From assembly GCA_904063045.1 (NCBI GenBank), contig CAJFCJ010000006.1, positions 434,001-498,000 on the forward strand: a stretch of 64,000 nucleotides of DNA. Direction: 5' to 3'. Made by a program: the position numbers and the translations under genes. The stretch is from Dimorphilus gyrociliatus. Lineage: Eukaryota; Animalia; Annelida. Positions 49,731-62,396 of the stretch are shown piece after piece. The notes under the pieces were generated by a model. It saw nothing but the letters and a program-made list of their open reading frames with translations. It did no database searches and was not told the origin of the DNA. Each line of letters starts with the position of its first letter. Position 1 is the first letter of the stretch.

Positions 49731-50639
49731 GCTATGTTTTCAATGGTCAAGGTAACAGGAAGTTATCACGGCGGGCCCCCGTTCTTCATATTTTGAGGTT
49801 ATTTTATAGAAGCAAACTAAAACAATTATGCGTTAAAGAGATATTTAACAATTATTTAATTGTTTAGCAAATTACAATTACCACAGCAGATTCTCATTTA
49901 ATGTATATTTTATTTAATACATAATACATAAAACCTGAATAACTATCAATTATATTTTTTAATTCCATTGGGTAAACTATTTCTGTAAGTACAATAATTA
50001 TTTTACAATAAATTATAAAGTATAAGAGATGTAAGAATGATATAGATGAAAAAATACGAAACTAGGACATAATTTTTTAAAAGGAATAAGTTTCCGATTT
50101 TGAACATGTAACCAGTTTTCGACCTCATTCACTGCACATGCGTACCTTACTTAGCTCAGATTTAACCGGAGGTAAAGTTATCTTTTGACATAAATAAGTG
50201 ATTCAATTATCTTGTTCCTTCCATTTAACAATATAAAATACTGAAAATTATTTTTAGTAATATACAATGCTTCAATAGTCAGTAAATGCTTTAATATGCT
50301 TACTTGAAGTCAACTTACGTCAATTTGAAATGTATTATTGCATTGTTGAAAGTTTGCCGAGTCGAAGCAGAACAAAATCTGTCTACATTTCAGATATATG
50401 TTTCCATACTAATAGAAGCTTAAGCATATGAGAACTGAAAAATTAAAAGTCGTCAAGAACCTTTTTCTTATGTCATTTTGTCTAACTTGAACACCTTACT
50501 TTAATAATTTACTGAATACTTGAATTAATTCTTTGATAGATTACGTGCAAAAGAAAACACTTCTGAAAAATACTGAACCAGCTCTTTCGTTCTGCCAAAA
50601 ATATTTAAATTTCAAAAAAAAAGTGAGGTGATACAGTGA

Positions 50640-52608
50640 ATGATGTCTATGCAGTTGGTTCAAGCAAGAAATTCTCCTGTTCAGAAAAAGCCATCAGGTG
50701 CTGTAACATTACGACCGCAAATTCAAATAGTCACTGTAGCTGGAAATGGTATCATTCGTAATGCCATAACAACTCCTTCTAGAATTTTGGCTCCTAGAAC
50801 CACAACTCAAATTGCTCCGGTTCGAATAGCACCTCAAACTAGGGTCCAATCGCCTGGACAAATAGTTCTACCTCAGGGTATTCGTCAGAATGCAGTCATT
50901 ATGAAAAGTGATCAAGGTCAATGGGTCTTATTACAGAGTCAAACAGCTCAAAGGACAAATGCTACAACTGTACAGGTTTGTAATATTCAAAGTTTCCTTG
51001 AAAACGCCAAATTGAAACCATTAACTCCTCAAAAATAGCCTAGTTCAATGATTACATCTTCAATACCTGCAAGATCTCATCTTCCTGCAAGGACCATTGC
51101 AAATCGGGTATAGATAATTTAATATATAATATTTCATTACTACTGTCTATTATTTATTGGCTAATGATTTTCAATAATTTATTTTGTAGCCTCTTACAAC
51201 GTTGGTAAGACCAGCTCAGCAATCGGTTGGTAAATGAGTTGATTTTGTTAAGTGCAACTACTTATAATACTTTTCAGATTTCACATACTCAACAAGAGAA
51301 TACAAAAAAATGCAAAAATTTCTTACAAACTCTTCTTAAATTAGCTTCTAATCAACCTCAGTCTACGATAAACAACGTCCGTCGGTTAATTCAAAATCTA
51401 ATAGATAACGTTATGAAACCAGAAGAATTTACACGACTGCTTCAAAATGAATTAAAATCGTCACCTCAACCATATTTGGTGCCTTTTTTAAACAAATCTT
51501 TACCACTTTTGAGGAATGCTATGTTGCATCAAGGTTTGGTTATTGAAGGAATTAAACCCCCAAAGACTGTTTCAACGGTTCAGACGATTCAGGCACCGTC
51601 AACACCGAAAATTATTAAACAAAACGTTAGCATCGGTAATATAGAAAAAGTATCAACTTTATCAACAATAACAAAACCAATACCATCGCCGGTGACGGCT
51701 GTTAGTCCGATAAAAATAAAGAATAAGTATGAGTCGTCTAAGTATGTACACAATATTTTGATTTCGAAAATGAATGTCACTGATTGAATATTGTTTTGTT
51801 AGAGATGATGACGAATTCAACGACGTAGCAACAATGGGAGGCGTAAATCTGACGGAAGAATCTCAGAATTTAGCTTCAGTTAAAGATTTCGGAACAGTTT
51901 TGAGAACTTACAAGGATGAATTATTATTATCAACAACACCCTTAGAATCTCTGTTGAGTAGAGAAATGTTAGAAAATGGTTTAGATATCGAACAAGACAA
52001 AACGAGTATTGTCAAAGCTATATCTGATGCCTGCCAACTACGCCTCACTCAGTTAATGGAAAAGCTAATTGTTTTATCAGAGCATCGAATGGAATTGTAC
52101 AAAGGCCGGCGTGATTTTGAACTAACGTCTGACGTTAGGTCTCAGCTAAGATTCATTGAAGAAGTAGACAAGGTCGAGAAAAAACGAGTTGATGAAGCAG
52201 AGAAAGAACAGATGATGAGAGTTGCAAAGAGCCGCTCAAAAAATGAAGATCCAGAACAAGCAAAATTAAAACAAAAAGCAAAAGAATTCCAACAGTGGCA
52301 AGCAGAAGAATTACGACAAAAAGAAGCCAATGAAACAGCTCTTGCTGCTATAGGGTCAAGAAAAAGAAGATTAGAAGGTGAAAAAAATAATGAATTAAAC
52401 TCCCCCGCCAATTCGAATCATGCAGGAATCCAAAATTTGGTTGGTACTTCTATGAATATTTTTCTGATTCTATAAAACACTCAATAAACTGTTTTATTAG
52501 GCTAAAGGTCGTCGAAAGCGAATCACAATTAAAGAAGTTCTTCATATTATGGAAAATGATAAATATCTTGCGAAGTCGAAATTAGCATACGAAATGGCAT
52601 TAAAGTAA
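50640..52608 (+). CDS. TAF4: TFIID subunit TAF4 (Q-rich N-terminus, TAFH, histone fold, C-terminal conserved region)
   Basis: TAFH KKCKNFLQTLLKLAS..EEFTRLLQNELKSSPQPYLVPFLNKSLPLLR; DDDEFNDVATMGGVNLTEES; RSKNEDPEQAKLKQKAKE; ANETALAAIGSRKRR; RITIKEVLHIMEND. Confidence 0.95.
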
Positions 52609-53163
52609 ATTCATTGGCTACACTGTGATATGTTTGTGCATATGTTTCTTTTAAGGAAAAGATTTTTATATATAAAAGTTGATTTCTAATTATTTTTTCG
52701 TTTATTTAAAAGCTTGGAAAGGGAAATTAATCACCGCATGTAAATTTTTTCATGGAAAACAATAGGAATCTTGTTAACTGTATAGTTTTTAAAACATATT
52801 CTTTAATAATCTGATTCAAATTATTTTTGAAGCAAAATACAAATGTTCCATCACATCTCACTTTCGAAAAGATTAGTTATTAAGTGTCAGGAAATCCCAG
52901 TCTTCAATATCTGAAATTGCTGGAACTTCGGCCTGGCGATTAATTTAGCTTGTTGCATGAATGAAACCCAGGTTCTGAGGCGGGTATGTCTAAACTTCCA
53001 TTTTTGAGAATAAAAACGAGCGACAACCAGGGAAGTAGTTGAACTATACCAAACTTTGTTGCCTTTGAGTTTTGAGACTAACATTATCAAATGACATCAT
53101 CTCAAAAAGTTATATACAGTACATCCAAGAGTAATTATTAAAGAACTTCACTCATTTAAAAAA

Positions 53164-53271
53164 ATGACGTCATAAATATTATATAGTAGCAAATGTTCAT
53201 AAAATAACTAATTGTTGCACTAATAGCTGTTATTAAAACCCATCAGATGGCGTTGAATTGCATAGCCACGT
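53164..53271. promoter_or_regulatory. SAR1-like promoter: CRE, YY1-like and GCCACGT motifs
   Basis: ATGACGTCAT 53164-53173, CAGATGGCG 53244-53252, GCCACGT 53265-53271. Confidence 0.5.
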
Positions 53272-53375
53272 TGTGAGATTGACATTGGTGAAACCATGTT
53301 GTTAAAATTTCATAATAAAATTTGCTCGAAAAAAATGAAAAACAGTCACTTTTTGAAAGAACACCTTAACTTAAC

Positions 53376-54613
53376 ATGCTTTCTTGGTTCCGAGAATTTC
53401 TCTCAAAATGGCTTAGTTAGTACTATTTTAAATAAATTATTTTTTTTATTTTTCGCAATTTATTAGCCAACTATTTTCGCGATCAAAAGAAAACTTTTGT
53501 AATAATTGGTTTAGACTACGCTGGTAAGACTACTCTGACAGGGAAAATAAAGACTGGGAGAATGATTGCTGCAAATCCAAGTCTCCGACCTAGTAAGTAA
53601 ATACCTAATAATTCGTAATATAATGTTCATCTTGAAACTCACAATGAGCTAAAGGCTTGTATTTTTTCTGGCCACTTATTAAATTTCGTGAACTAGTTTC
53701 AAACTGTTTTTAAGGATCATATTCAATGTGCAATTACACAGCTGCGCACTAATTTTCTCCCAGAGTTATTTTTCGTAGATTCTCTCGGTTTCAGTAATTA
53801 ATCATTTATATTTTCGGAGTGACTTTCAGGAACAAACCAAGTATGCAATAAATTGTATAATCATAAACAGTATAAAAGACTGTTTCTCATGTAATACTAT
53901 AGATGTTACATATACTGAGAATAGAAAAAATGTACATATAGTGCAGATAGTAGATTATTGTTCACTTTTATTATTTTTTTAAATCTGTACAAAATATATC
54001 TTTACAAATAGACTTAGAGGAGCTGCGACTTGGGCAATTGACATTTACCGTGTATGATCTTGGAGGACACAAGCTAGGTTTAACTTAAAATTAAACCATT
54101 TTCTGTTACTTAAAATGTTTCTTACAGTTCGAAGGGTTTGGAGGGAATACTGTTATGCCGCGGATGGTATAATATTTGTTTTGGATGCCGCTGATAAAGA
54201 GCGCATGAATGAAGCAAAAAGCGAACTACATGTAAGTATAATAAAAAGCATTTTAGTTAAGCGAATTTGTAGTGCTTTTAAGTGAAGTTTAATCATCTAA
54301 ATTACATTTCAGAATATACTAAATGATGAGGAATTTTCCACTATTCCAATTTTAATTCTTGGTAATAAAATAGATATTGTGGATGCTATGGGACGCGAAG
54401 AACTAATCGGTTGTTTGAATATATACAAAAATATATTCCAGGAGGTAATTAATATTTCCATCAGAGAAAATAAATAATAACTTATTTTCTAAAAATGCAT
54501 GACTTTAGGGAGAAAAAGGCGTGTCCAGACCAATTGAAATCTTTTCTTGCAGTACAAAGTTAGATCAGGGTTACGGAGCGGGTATTCGATGGCTTGCTAA
54601 ACAAGTGACATAA
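53376..54613 (+). CDS. SAR1: SAR1-family small GTPase, divergent; 6 exons (missed by the ORF track)
   Basis: [14 protein letters not shown]|[30 protein letters not shown]|[22 protein letters not shown]|[24 protein letters not shown]|..[39 protein letters not shown]. Confidence 0.88.
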
Positions 54614-55384
54614 TCGAGAAAACTAAAAACCAGATGTCACTCTAAAAGTCTGGATCAGTACTCCTTGCTATGAATGAATCTTCTGATTAAAAAATTTTAC
54701 ACTAACCTCTTTGCAAAAGCATTTTTTTTAAAACCGTGTCAAGGTCAATACATAAAAAACACAACAACCATTTGTTGAAATGTTGTAAATTTGGGTTAAG
54801 TAAAGATTCATCCGGCAACATCTATTACGGAAAATGTAAGTCGATTCATTTCACAAAGTTAATGTCAGAACTTCTGAAATCGTACATTGAGATTACGTAA
54901 TATCGTGAGATCCTGCGCATGTCTCGAGCGAAATCTCGCTGTTCGATGACCTACTAATTTCTGAGCATGAAAAAGTGCGTAGAATATTTAGAGAACAGCA
55001 CATTTTTTAAAAGTTTCTGCTACAATATTACTTTTTTTAAGCATTCATGCCAATTTTATTTCAAAATAGCGTTAATTATATTATTACGTCTTACTAAGCT
55101 TAAACAAGTAGTACTCAAGCCAATCGCGTTGCTGATTGAATGCTTTGCTTTCTATTTTAAAGTAAAAATATTAGAATATTATAAGTTTCTACAAAAAACT
55201 GTTGCGGAAAATCGATATGATATTTTATGATTGCATGTCTTTATTGTACGCTGGTTGAAGTTAAATTAAGAAAAGCCTTGTTTAATTACTAATCTAGAAA
55301 CAGGCTAGACTGTGTCAAATTTGACATATTCTGTTGATTATATGTTGTGTTGTGACTCAAACATAATTTTAAAAATTTAAAACC

Positions 55385-56527
55385 ATGTTGATACTTCAAA
55401 TCGTGCTATGGTCATTACTATTTCAATTTCTATCATCATCGTGCAAAATGAACGATAATTTTTCACTGGTGTGTAATGTTACTTCTTCTGTGGAAAATGT
55501 TATAAATTACTTAAAAGTATCACAAACAAAACATCTTAAATATATCAGCCTCGTTTGCTCGAAAATACTAAAAAAAGTTCAATATTTACCAGCTTCTTAT
55601 TTTGGAGATGTCGAATGTATTAAATTAGATGGTTGCTCTTACTTTATAAGATTCAAAGGTTCGTTGATTAGTTCTGTTTTAAGACGTTTTGTTGTTAGGG
55701 ATAACGGTTTCTACAAACTCCCTCCTGTGTGCCTTATACATTCATTTGATGTTACCATATCATATGTAATTACGGAATGGAGGATAATTGATATCGGGAG
55801 TATACCTCCTTTAGAAAATTGTAGGAAAAACTACAATTCTTCTGTTGTGTATATTATACTTGTCGAAGAACCAGGGCATATAAAGATGAAGAGATATATT
55901 GTTTGGACAAAACCTATACCTCAAAATAGTCATATAAAATCCTTAAAAATCATTGGAAACCATGTTATTAGTAGATTTTATAAAAACTTCGGAAATAAGG
56001 TCTCATCTCAACTAGAGAAAGTTTCTGAAGCTCTCGAAATATCTGGAGCTCAGTGTGATTGTCAAGATTCTTGGATTTTATCCATAATGATTCAAAAGAA
56101 TCTAAAAGCAAGCTTCAAAGCCTCTCTCAATTGTCGACGAAATACAAAGAAATTTACAACTAGAAAAGATATTACAGAATATCTCTACAATCTAGAACAG
56201 AAATTAAATGAAAAGTGCAGTATTATAAATTTGATGATTACGTCAACTTCAAAAATACCCTATAATAGTCTGTTTATTATCATTCTTGCTGTTACCTGTG
56301 GAACTATTTCTCTTGTTCTTTTCATTATATGTCTTACCTCTGTTATTGTAAATATTTTATCTCAAACCAGACAACTCTCGGTATTATATAATTTAAGACA
56401 CAGTACACCATTGGAGTCTAATACCATATTAATAGCACAACGACCAGAATCGCCCAATCAAACCAACTCATTTTCACCTGCTGCAGTCAGAGATGTTAAC
56501 TCAAATATCCATTCACTGTCTTCATAA
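55385..56527 (+). CDS. Intronless orphan type-I membrane protein (signal peptide, Cys-containing ectodomain with LRRCT-like CDC..W, TM, short tail)
   Basis: 380-aa ORF in AT-rich DNA; N-terminal hydrophobic signal; GAQCDCQDSWIL; TM LFIIILAVTCGTISLVLFIICLTSVIVNIL. Confidence 0.75.
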   Translation: MLILQIVLWSLLFQFLSSSCKMNDNFSLVCNVTSSVENVINYLKVSQTKHLKYISLVCSKILKKVQYLPASYFGDVECIKLDGCSYFIRFKGSLISSVLRRFVVRDNGFYKLPPVCLIHSFDVTISYVITEWRIIDIGSIPPLENCRKNYNSSVVYIILVEEPGHIKMKRYIVWTKPIPQNSHIKSLKIIGNHVISRFYKNFGNKVSSQLEKVSEALEISGAQCDCQDSWILSIMIQKNLKASFKASLNCRRNTKKFTTRKDITEYLYNLEQKLNEKCSIINLMITSTSKIPYNSLFIIILAVTCGTISLVLFIICLTSVIVNILSQTRQLSVLYNLRHSTPLESNTILIAQRPESPNQTNSFSPAAVRDVNSNIHSLSS

Positions 56528-58987
56528 ATTGGCTATATAATTGATGTATTCTTGAAACATATTGTTCTTTAGATTAAGATAAAACTACCGCTAAAGTGTC
56601 AATTCTTCTTGAAATTAGGCAGTCTTACATAATAAACAAGTATTTTTTTAATGCTTAAAAAGTGCGATCTCTTTGATTAAACTTTCAATCGGTTTTTTGC
56701 TATGTCTAATACAAAGAGTGTCACGTAGAGTAACAATGTTATACTATATCCCTAACGACTGGAATCTAAAACGGAGATATTGTAACATACGCCTGATTAA
56801 TTGATTGAGTGAAAATGATGAAGTCTTGCAATATGTTAATTTTGTTTCTTGAATCATTGATTTTCCAAGAAACTATATCATATTTCTTCAACAAAATTTA
56901 CTCTCAACAATAGTGTTAATATATCTCTTCTCCGTTATTTCTTTTCTTTTGTTGAGAAATTATCGATACCCAGTGCATGGTCACTCTGATAGTTGAACTG
57001 TTTACGAAAAGAAGAGAATCTTCATATTTCAAATGACTGTTATAAACAGCATCTTCAAAGGTAATAAGATACGTGTCAAACAAGAAAGTATAGAGACCTG
57101 CATATAATTACAATGGACATTGTAGTATTATGGGCGAGGCTGCCTCCATTCGGTGAACACCATTATTGTTAATTTGCCTGTCAGAGTGAGATATGAAGTC
57201 GATTTTTGGCATATTACCTACTGTTTTATTTTCTAAAAAATTCCACATATTAATTAATTAAAAAATTAAAGAGAAGAAAACATAAAGAGAGAAAAACAAC
57301 CTCTCCTATAAAAAAAATATTTTTGCTAATGTAATTATCAACATTAGGTTATAGAGTAAATTTAAATCACTTGATTAAGAAAATACTTTTGTAGTTTATA
57401 TTTAGACAAGGTTGATGAAATTCTCTTTTATCTGGATATATTTCCTAATCTTATTTAATCGAAATTAGGTGATAGTGTGTTGATACGTTGCTAATAATTC
57501 GCTAGAAAGGTGCTTTGGACAATCATGTATTAATTATTTTCGTTAGAAAATCATAGGTTCATTCATATTCGTATTCCAATAATTTAAAACGTTTTATTTT
57601 ATGAAGTTGGATTTTTGGAATATTTCGCTGTGATAATTAGCTTTAGCGTTCATTGTGTGTCTTAAATATTCTTGGCGCCCTTTTCAATGTAGTCATAAAT
57701 CTATTAAAGTTAACATCCCGGACACAATTCCTCAAAGCGTAACAAAACTGAAACATAAATTTGTCTAATTTATAATCTTTTTTTAAGTTGATAGTATATT
57801 TGAAGGTCAGATCAGGATGTTAAATGGGTGTGTTCTTTACACCTTATCGTAATTAATTTAAACAAATTTTTTGTCCTGAATGAAATTATAATCAAGTTTG
57901 TTCAGGATGTTTTTTTTATGTTTTCTATTCTGATTGAGGATCTGTGAGCTTTTAGGTAACGCACAAAGCATATTGAAAATTCTTTTGAAAATATTGTAGT
58001 TTAATAATTAGCCATTGCATAATGTATTCATTTCCTTCTAATTTGTATAATATTTCTGAAAGAATCGTACTTTTTCATTAAGAGCAAAATATATTATTAG
58101 CTTGGCTCTAAAAAGAATATGCTTCTAAATATCTAGGAAGTATTACTGTTCCATCAAAGAGATTCCAAGAAGCTGAGGGGATGACGCTTTGAGAAGGTGT
58201 CAATTCTTTCTTAGTTTTCTTTACACTGTTACTTTAGTACGTACCAAGCTTTGTTTTGTGCATTGTCTATAAAAGTCTGTCTTTTAATTTCTCATATGTA
58301 GACCTCCGCAAGTTTTTATATAATTTTTTGCTACTATGTCTCTTACATAACTTCTATACAAAAAATTTTTCTAACAATCTATTTTTTTTTATCAAAACAT
58401 AAATACGACAATTATTTCTGCCAAGGCAAAAATTTGATTTAAATTCTATGCGTAACTCCCTCTATTGGCCTGTTAGTAACTGGTGCATTTCAATTTGTCA
58501 AATGCGTCTATAGATTTTGTATATTATGCTGCGCGCTTGTAATGTATGAGACTGAATTTTTTTACGGTCTCTGCATACGATTCTGTTGACATTTGTAAGC
58601 TGTGCTTTGGATTATATTCACTAGAAGAAAATGTTAATGACAAACTGATACACGCTTGTTTCTTGTCTAGACGGTAAGCGTCGTTAACTTCTTACAGATG
58701 CCTACTCTAGTTTACTAAATCAATAAGAAGAATTTTTGTAAAATATTTTACATACTTTCTTTCTATGGCTTGTATCAAAAATATCTAGCTTTAAAAATCT
58801 TATTCAGGCTATAATAGCCTGAATAAAGAGTCCAGTTTATAAAAGTTGTATCAGTACGTTCAGTTTGGAATATCTAGACGCGATTGTTTAAGTGATAGGA
58901 AAATATTTAAATTAACAAGAACTACTCATTCCTTTTCAGGACTATATTTTACTCGTTTGTATTAGCGTGTTTCAAAGCAGAATGTAA

Positions 58988-59973
58988 AAACTGGGTCATC
59001 TATGTAATCGATTACCTACTTTTATAAGGAAAACTTACCAGCAGTTACACAACAGGCCTGATTGTCGTGTTGCGTTGTAGAACACATTAAACCTGTTTTA
59101 TCTCTTGACTATAAACAAGTTGACATTATTATGTTGGACACCGTTCTGTTACATCGTATATTGATATAATTCAAAGCTTATTCATAGAAATAAAAAAAAT
59201 CGAGGTATAGTTTATGAATAATAAATTTTCAATATATTTTTTAATGAGATGTAGTCATTGAGCCAGTTATGTTAAATTGTGTAACCTGTAAACTCAAGAT
59301 CGTACATACTGTACTATCATATAGGTTATCTAATAACCTTATTATGTTCTGTTTTTCGTTATTCAATATGTTTCTTAACCCTTGTAGTTATATAGTAGCG
59401 AAGAGTGTATTGTTTATTTGAACGTACTTTTAATGATTCGTATTAAGCTATTTTTTCGACTTAGGTCAAAGTATTATTCCTCCTATTTATAAAAATTACG
59501 TAAGTTGAAGCGCCTTTATTTAGAACTAAGATTTACAATACAAAACATATGCCCAGTGTTTTCAATAAAAGACATGCGAATTGTTACAAAGTCGAACAGG
59601 AGTCACAAATATTTTATACAATTTTCATTTGCGAAAGTAACTAAGCGATGAGTGAATTACGAGAATATTCCTATATGAGGTACGTTCTAGGCGCAGAAAA
59701 TGTTGATCTAAGGAAGTGTCATTGTAAATTTATATTACAAAGCAATTATTTGTTTACAAGCGATTACTGTCATCTAATTGGGACGCGGCAATTATTAAGT
59801 GCTTTATTTACAGTCCTAAAATCATAAATCATCTATAATTGAACATAATTTAAGAATATAATAAATTTATCTTTTTTAATCAGAGCCAACAAAATAACAA
59901 TAATATAATATTAGCCAATCAATATCAGTTGTAACCGGAATGCTAAAGTGAAGTAGAGATTAGGATTACGTAA
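58988..59973 (+). promoter_or_regulatory. RORE and D-box motifs upstream of the NR1 receptor
   Basis: AAACTGGGTCA 58988-58998; ACTTAGGTCA 59459-59468; TTACGTAA 59496-59503 and 59966-59973. Confidence 0.45.
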
Positions 59974-60416
59974 TCAATAAGTGATGCTGTTTATTTTTTC
60001 TTTGTATATATGCGTATAAATGCGTATATTCGCTTTTAGAGACTGTTGAAAGCAGTTAGAGTAAAAAAGCCTATTTTCTTGCAGAATTTAGCAGAAAAAT
60101 CACTGAAACTCTGACAAAATTAACACAGGTAAGCAAAATATAAAAAAATTATCTTATTTAGTTAGTTATCTGTCTATCTGGCTATCTCTAAACAGATTTA
60201 GATACAATCTAATATATCTAATTTAGCGAATAACACAGTATTTTGTATAATACTGCATAACAAATTTTACCTAACTGGTAACAAGGCAATCAATAAAATA
60301 GATAAAGAAAGATCCTTCCGACATGATTTTCTGTGTTTTTTACGAATTAGGTTTCTCTAAAATTCAATATAATAGCCAACATACTAATTCAAATGCTTAA
60401 AATTTTCAGATTTGAC

Positions 60417-62396
60417 ATGATGCAGTCAACGGCCATGGCAATGACATCGGGAAGTTCAAAGCCGAAAGGTCCCACCTGTAAAGTGTGCAATGATGAAGCA
60501 AGTGGCTTTCATTATGGTGTTGATAGTTGTGAAGGCTGCAAGGGCTTCTTTAGACGCTGTATTACTCAGGGAATGACCCATCGGTGTTCAAATGATGAAA
60601 AATGCGAAATCACCCCATTCAGCCGCAATAGCTGTCAGTACTGCCGCCTAAAGAAGTGCTTTGCAGTTGGTATGTCTAGAGAGGCATCAAGATTAGGACG
60701 TCGGCCGAAAAAACTGAAAGAACCAAGTGGTGGTATGAGAGTAGTGCCTGCTAGTCAATTATCTCCGGTGACCTCTATTGTTCCAACGCAACCTATCAAA
60801 TCGCCTATTTTATCTATTCCACCTAACTCTAACGTAAGTGGTGATATACAGAGAATGGTGCCTTCTGCAAGAGCCCGTCAAAATGCCATACATGCTCCTT
60901 ATTCTCATTCTAATTGTCTTACACCACCACAAGTTTCAAGTAGCGGTAGAGTTATAGATCAACTGCAGCAAGAAATGGCACGGTTACATAGATCTCAATC
61001 GCATACTATCAATCCACGAGAATTTTCTGGCGAGAATATGTTTTTTAATCATCACTTGGAAACTGACAGCGAAACTGGATATAGCTCGTACGGTGGAGGC
61101 GATAGTACTCCATCAAGCGCTAATAGCAACTCACCTTCTATGGCCAATAATCAGATCAATGATCCATCTGCCGTTGGTGATCAATCGTTACAAGTGAGCG
61201 ATAAGGAATTTCTAATAATTATGACAGCCATGAAAGAGGAGGCTCCCTCTGAAGACTATGTTCCTCGGACAAATCCTATTACAGAAGACACAATACAGAA
61301 TTTCCTGGCCGAAGCTCGATCTCCCCCAATGGAGGAGGATCGCATAGCCGTCATTGATCGTATTATTGCTGATATAAAAGAAGCTCAGCTTCAGACTTGT
61401 CGATATACTACTGCTAAAGTACTTGAAGGTTTAAGAAAGTATGAGCAAGCTCATGCTCATGAACCGGCCGGTGCCTCCACTCATCAAATAAAGCTAGAAC
61501 AGGACAGTACTGGATTCTCTCAAGTAACATTAAAAAATAAATATTTTCTTAAACTATTTTAATTAGGTTTTCATTTGTACAGTTTAATCCCAGTGAAATA
61601 CCTCTACCTTGTATGAAAGCCTGGAAGAAATTTGTTGAAAACATGGTTCCAGCTATTGAAAGAGTTGTTCATTTCTGTAAATTTCTTCCTGGATTTAAGG
61701 ATCTTTGTCAACAAGATCAAATTAAATTGATAAAACAAGGATCATTCGAAGTAGTTATGATTCGATATTTACCTCTAGTTGATCATAACAGTGAATTGAT
61801 GTTTGATCCAGATATGGATTATAAAATAACCAGGTGAGTGTTAGAATAATTTTTAAATAGCTATAACAATTTTTTTTCGCAGACAAGTGATACGAAAAAT
61901 GCCCATGGGAACTCTAATGGAAAAGATGTTTGATTTTGCTAAGATATGGAACCCTTTGAATTTAGATGATGCTGAAATGGGTTTAATCTCTGCAATTCTT
62001 ATGGTCAATCCTTGTAAATATTTTCTATATCAATATACATCCGTTTTAATTAATTAGTTGTTCTAATTTTTCTTTATTAGATCGCATAGATGTTGTTAAT
62101 CGTAAACAAGTGCATCGACTGCAAGGTGTCTATTTACAGAGTTTATACAAATATCTGCTAACTTTTAGACCAAGTTTGTAATTAAAGCTTTCACAAAATA
62201 CTTAAATCTTAAATCGTCTTTTGAAATAGATACCTACGAAAATCAGCTAGAAGCGATGGTTCGAACAATTCCAGATTTATCCAGCATAAATGAGCACCAT
62301 GCGAAGTCATTGAACAGTATGATGCCAGGTGCGAATATGTCACAAAATTTACCTGACCTGCATACAGAAGTTTACCAATCGAAGGATTTTTGTTAA
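60417..62396 (+). CDS. Nuclear receptor, NR1 subfamily (NR1D/E/F-related, possibly the invertebrate NR1CDEF clade); 5 coding exons
   Basis: [61 protein letters not shown]; [48 protein letters not shown]; ends [24 protein letters not shown]. Acceptor at 60409, so the ORF-track ATG at 60393 is intronic. Confidence 0.9.

Noticed and set aside
47812-50200. miRNA hosting in DALRD3 (vertebrate miR-191/425 locus)
   Set aside because: Introns are about 50-60 nt and no long hairpin was seen.
59030-59047. Minus-strand GTAAGT donor suggesting an antisense lncRNA upstream of the NR1 gene
   Set aside because: A single hexamer without a matched acceptor or exon; expected by chance.
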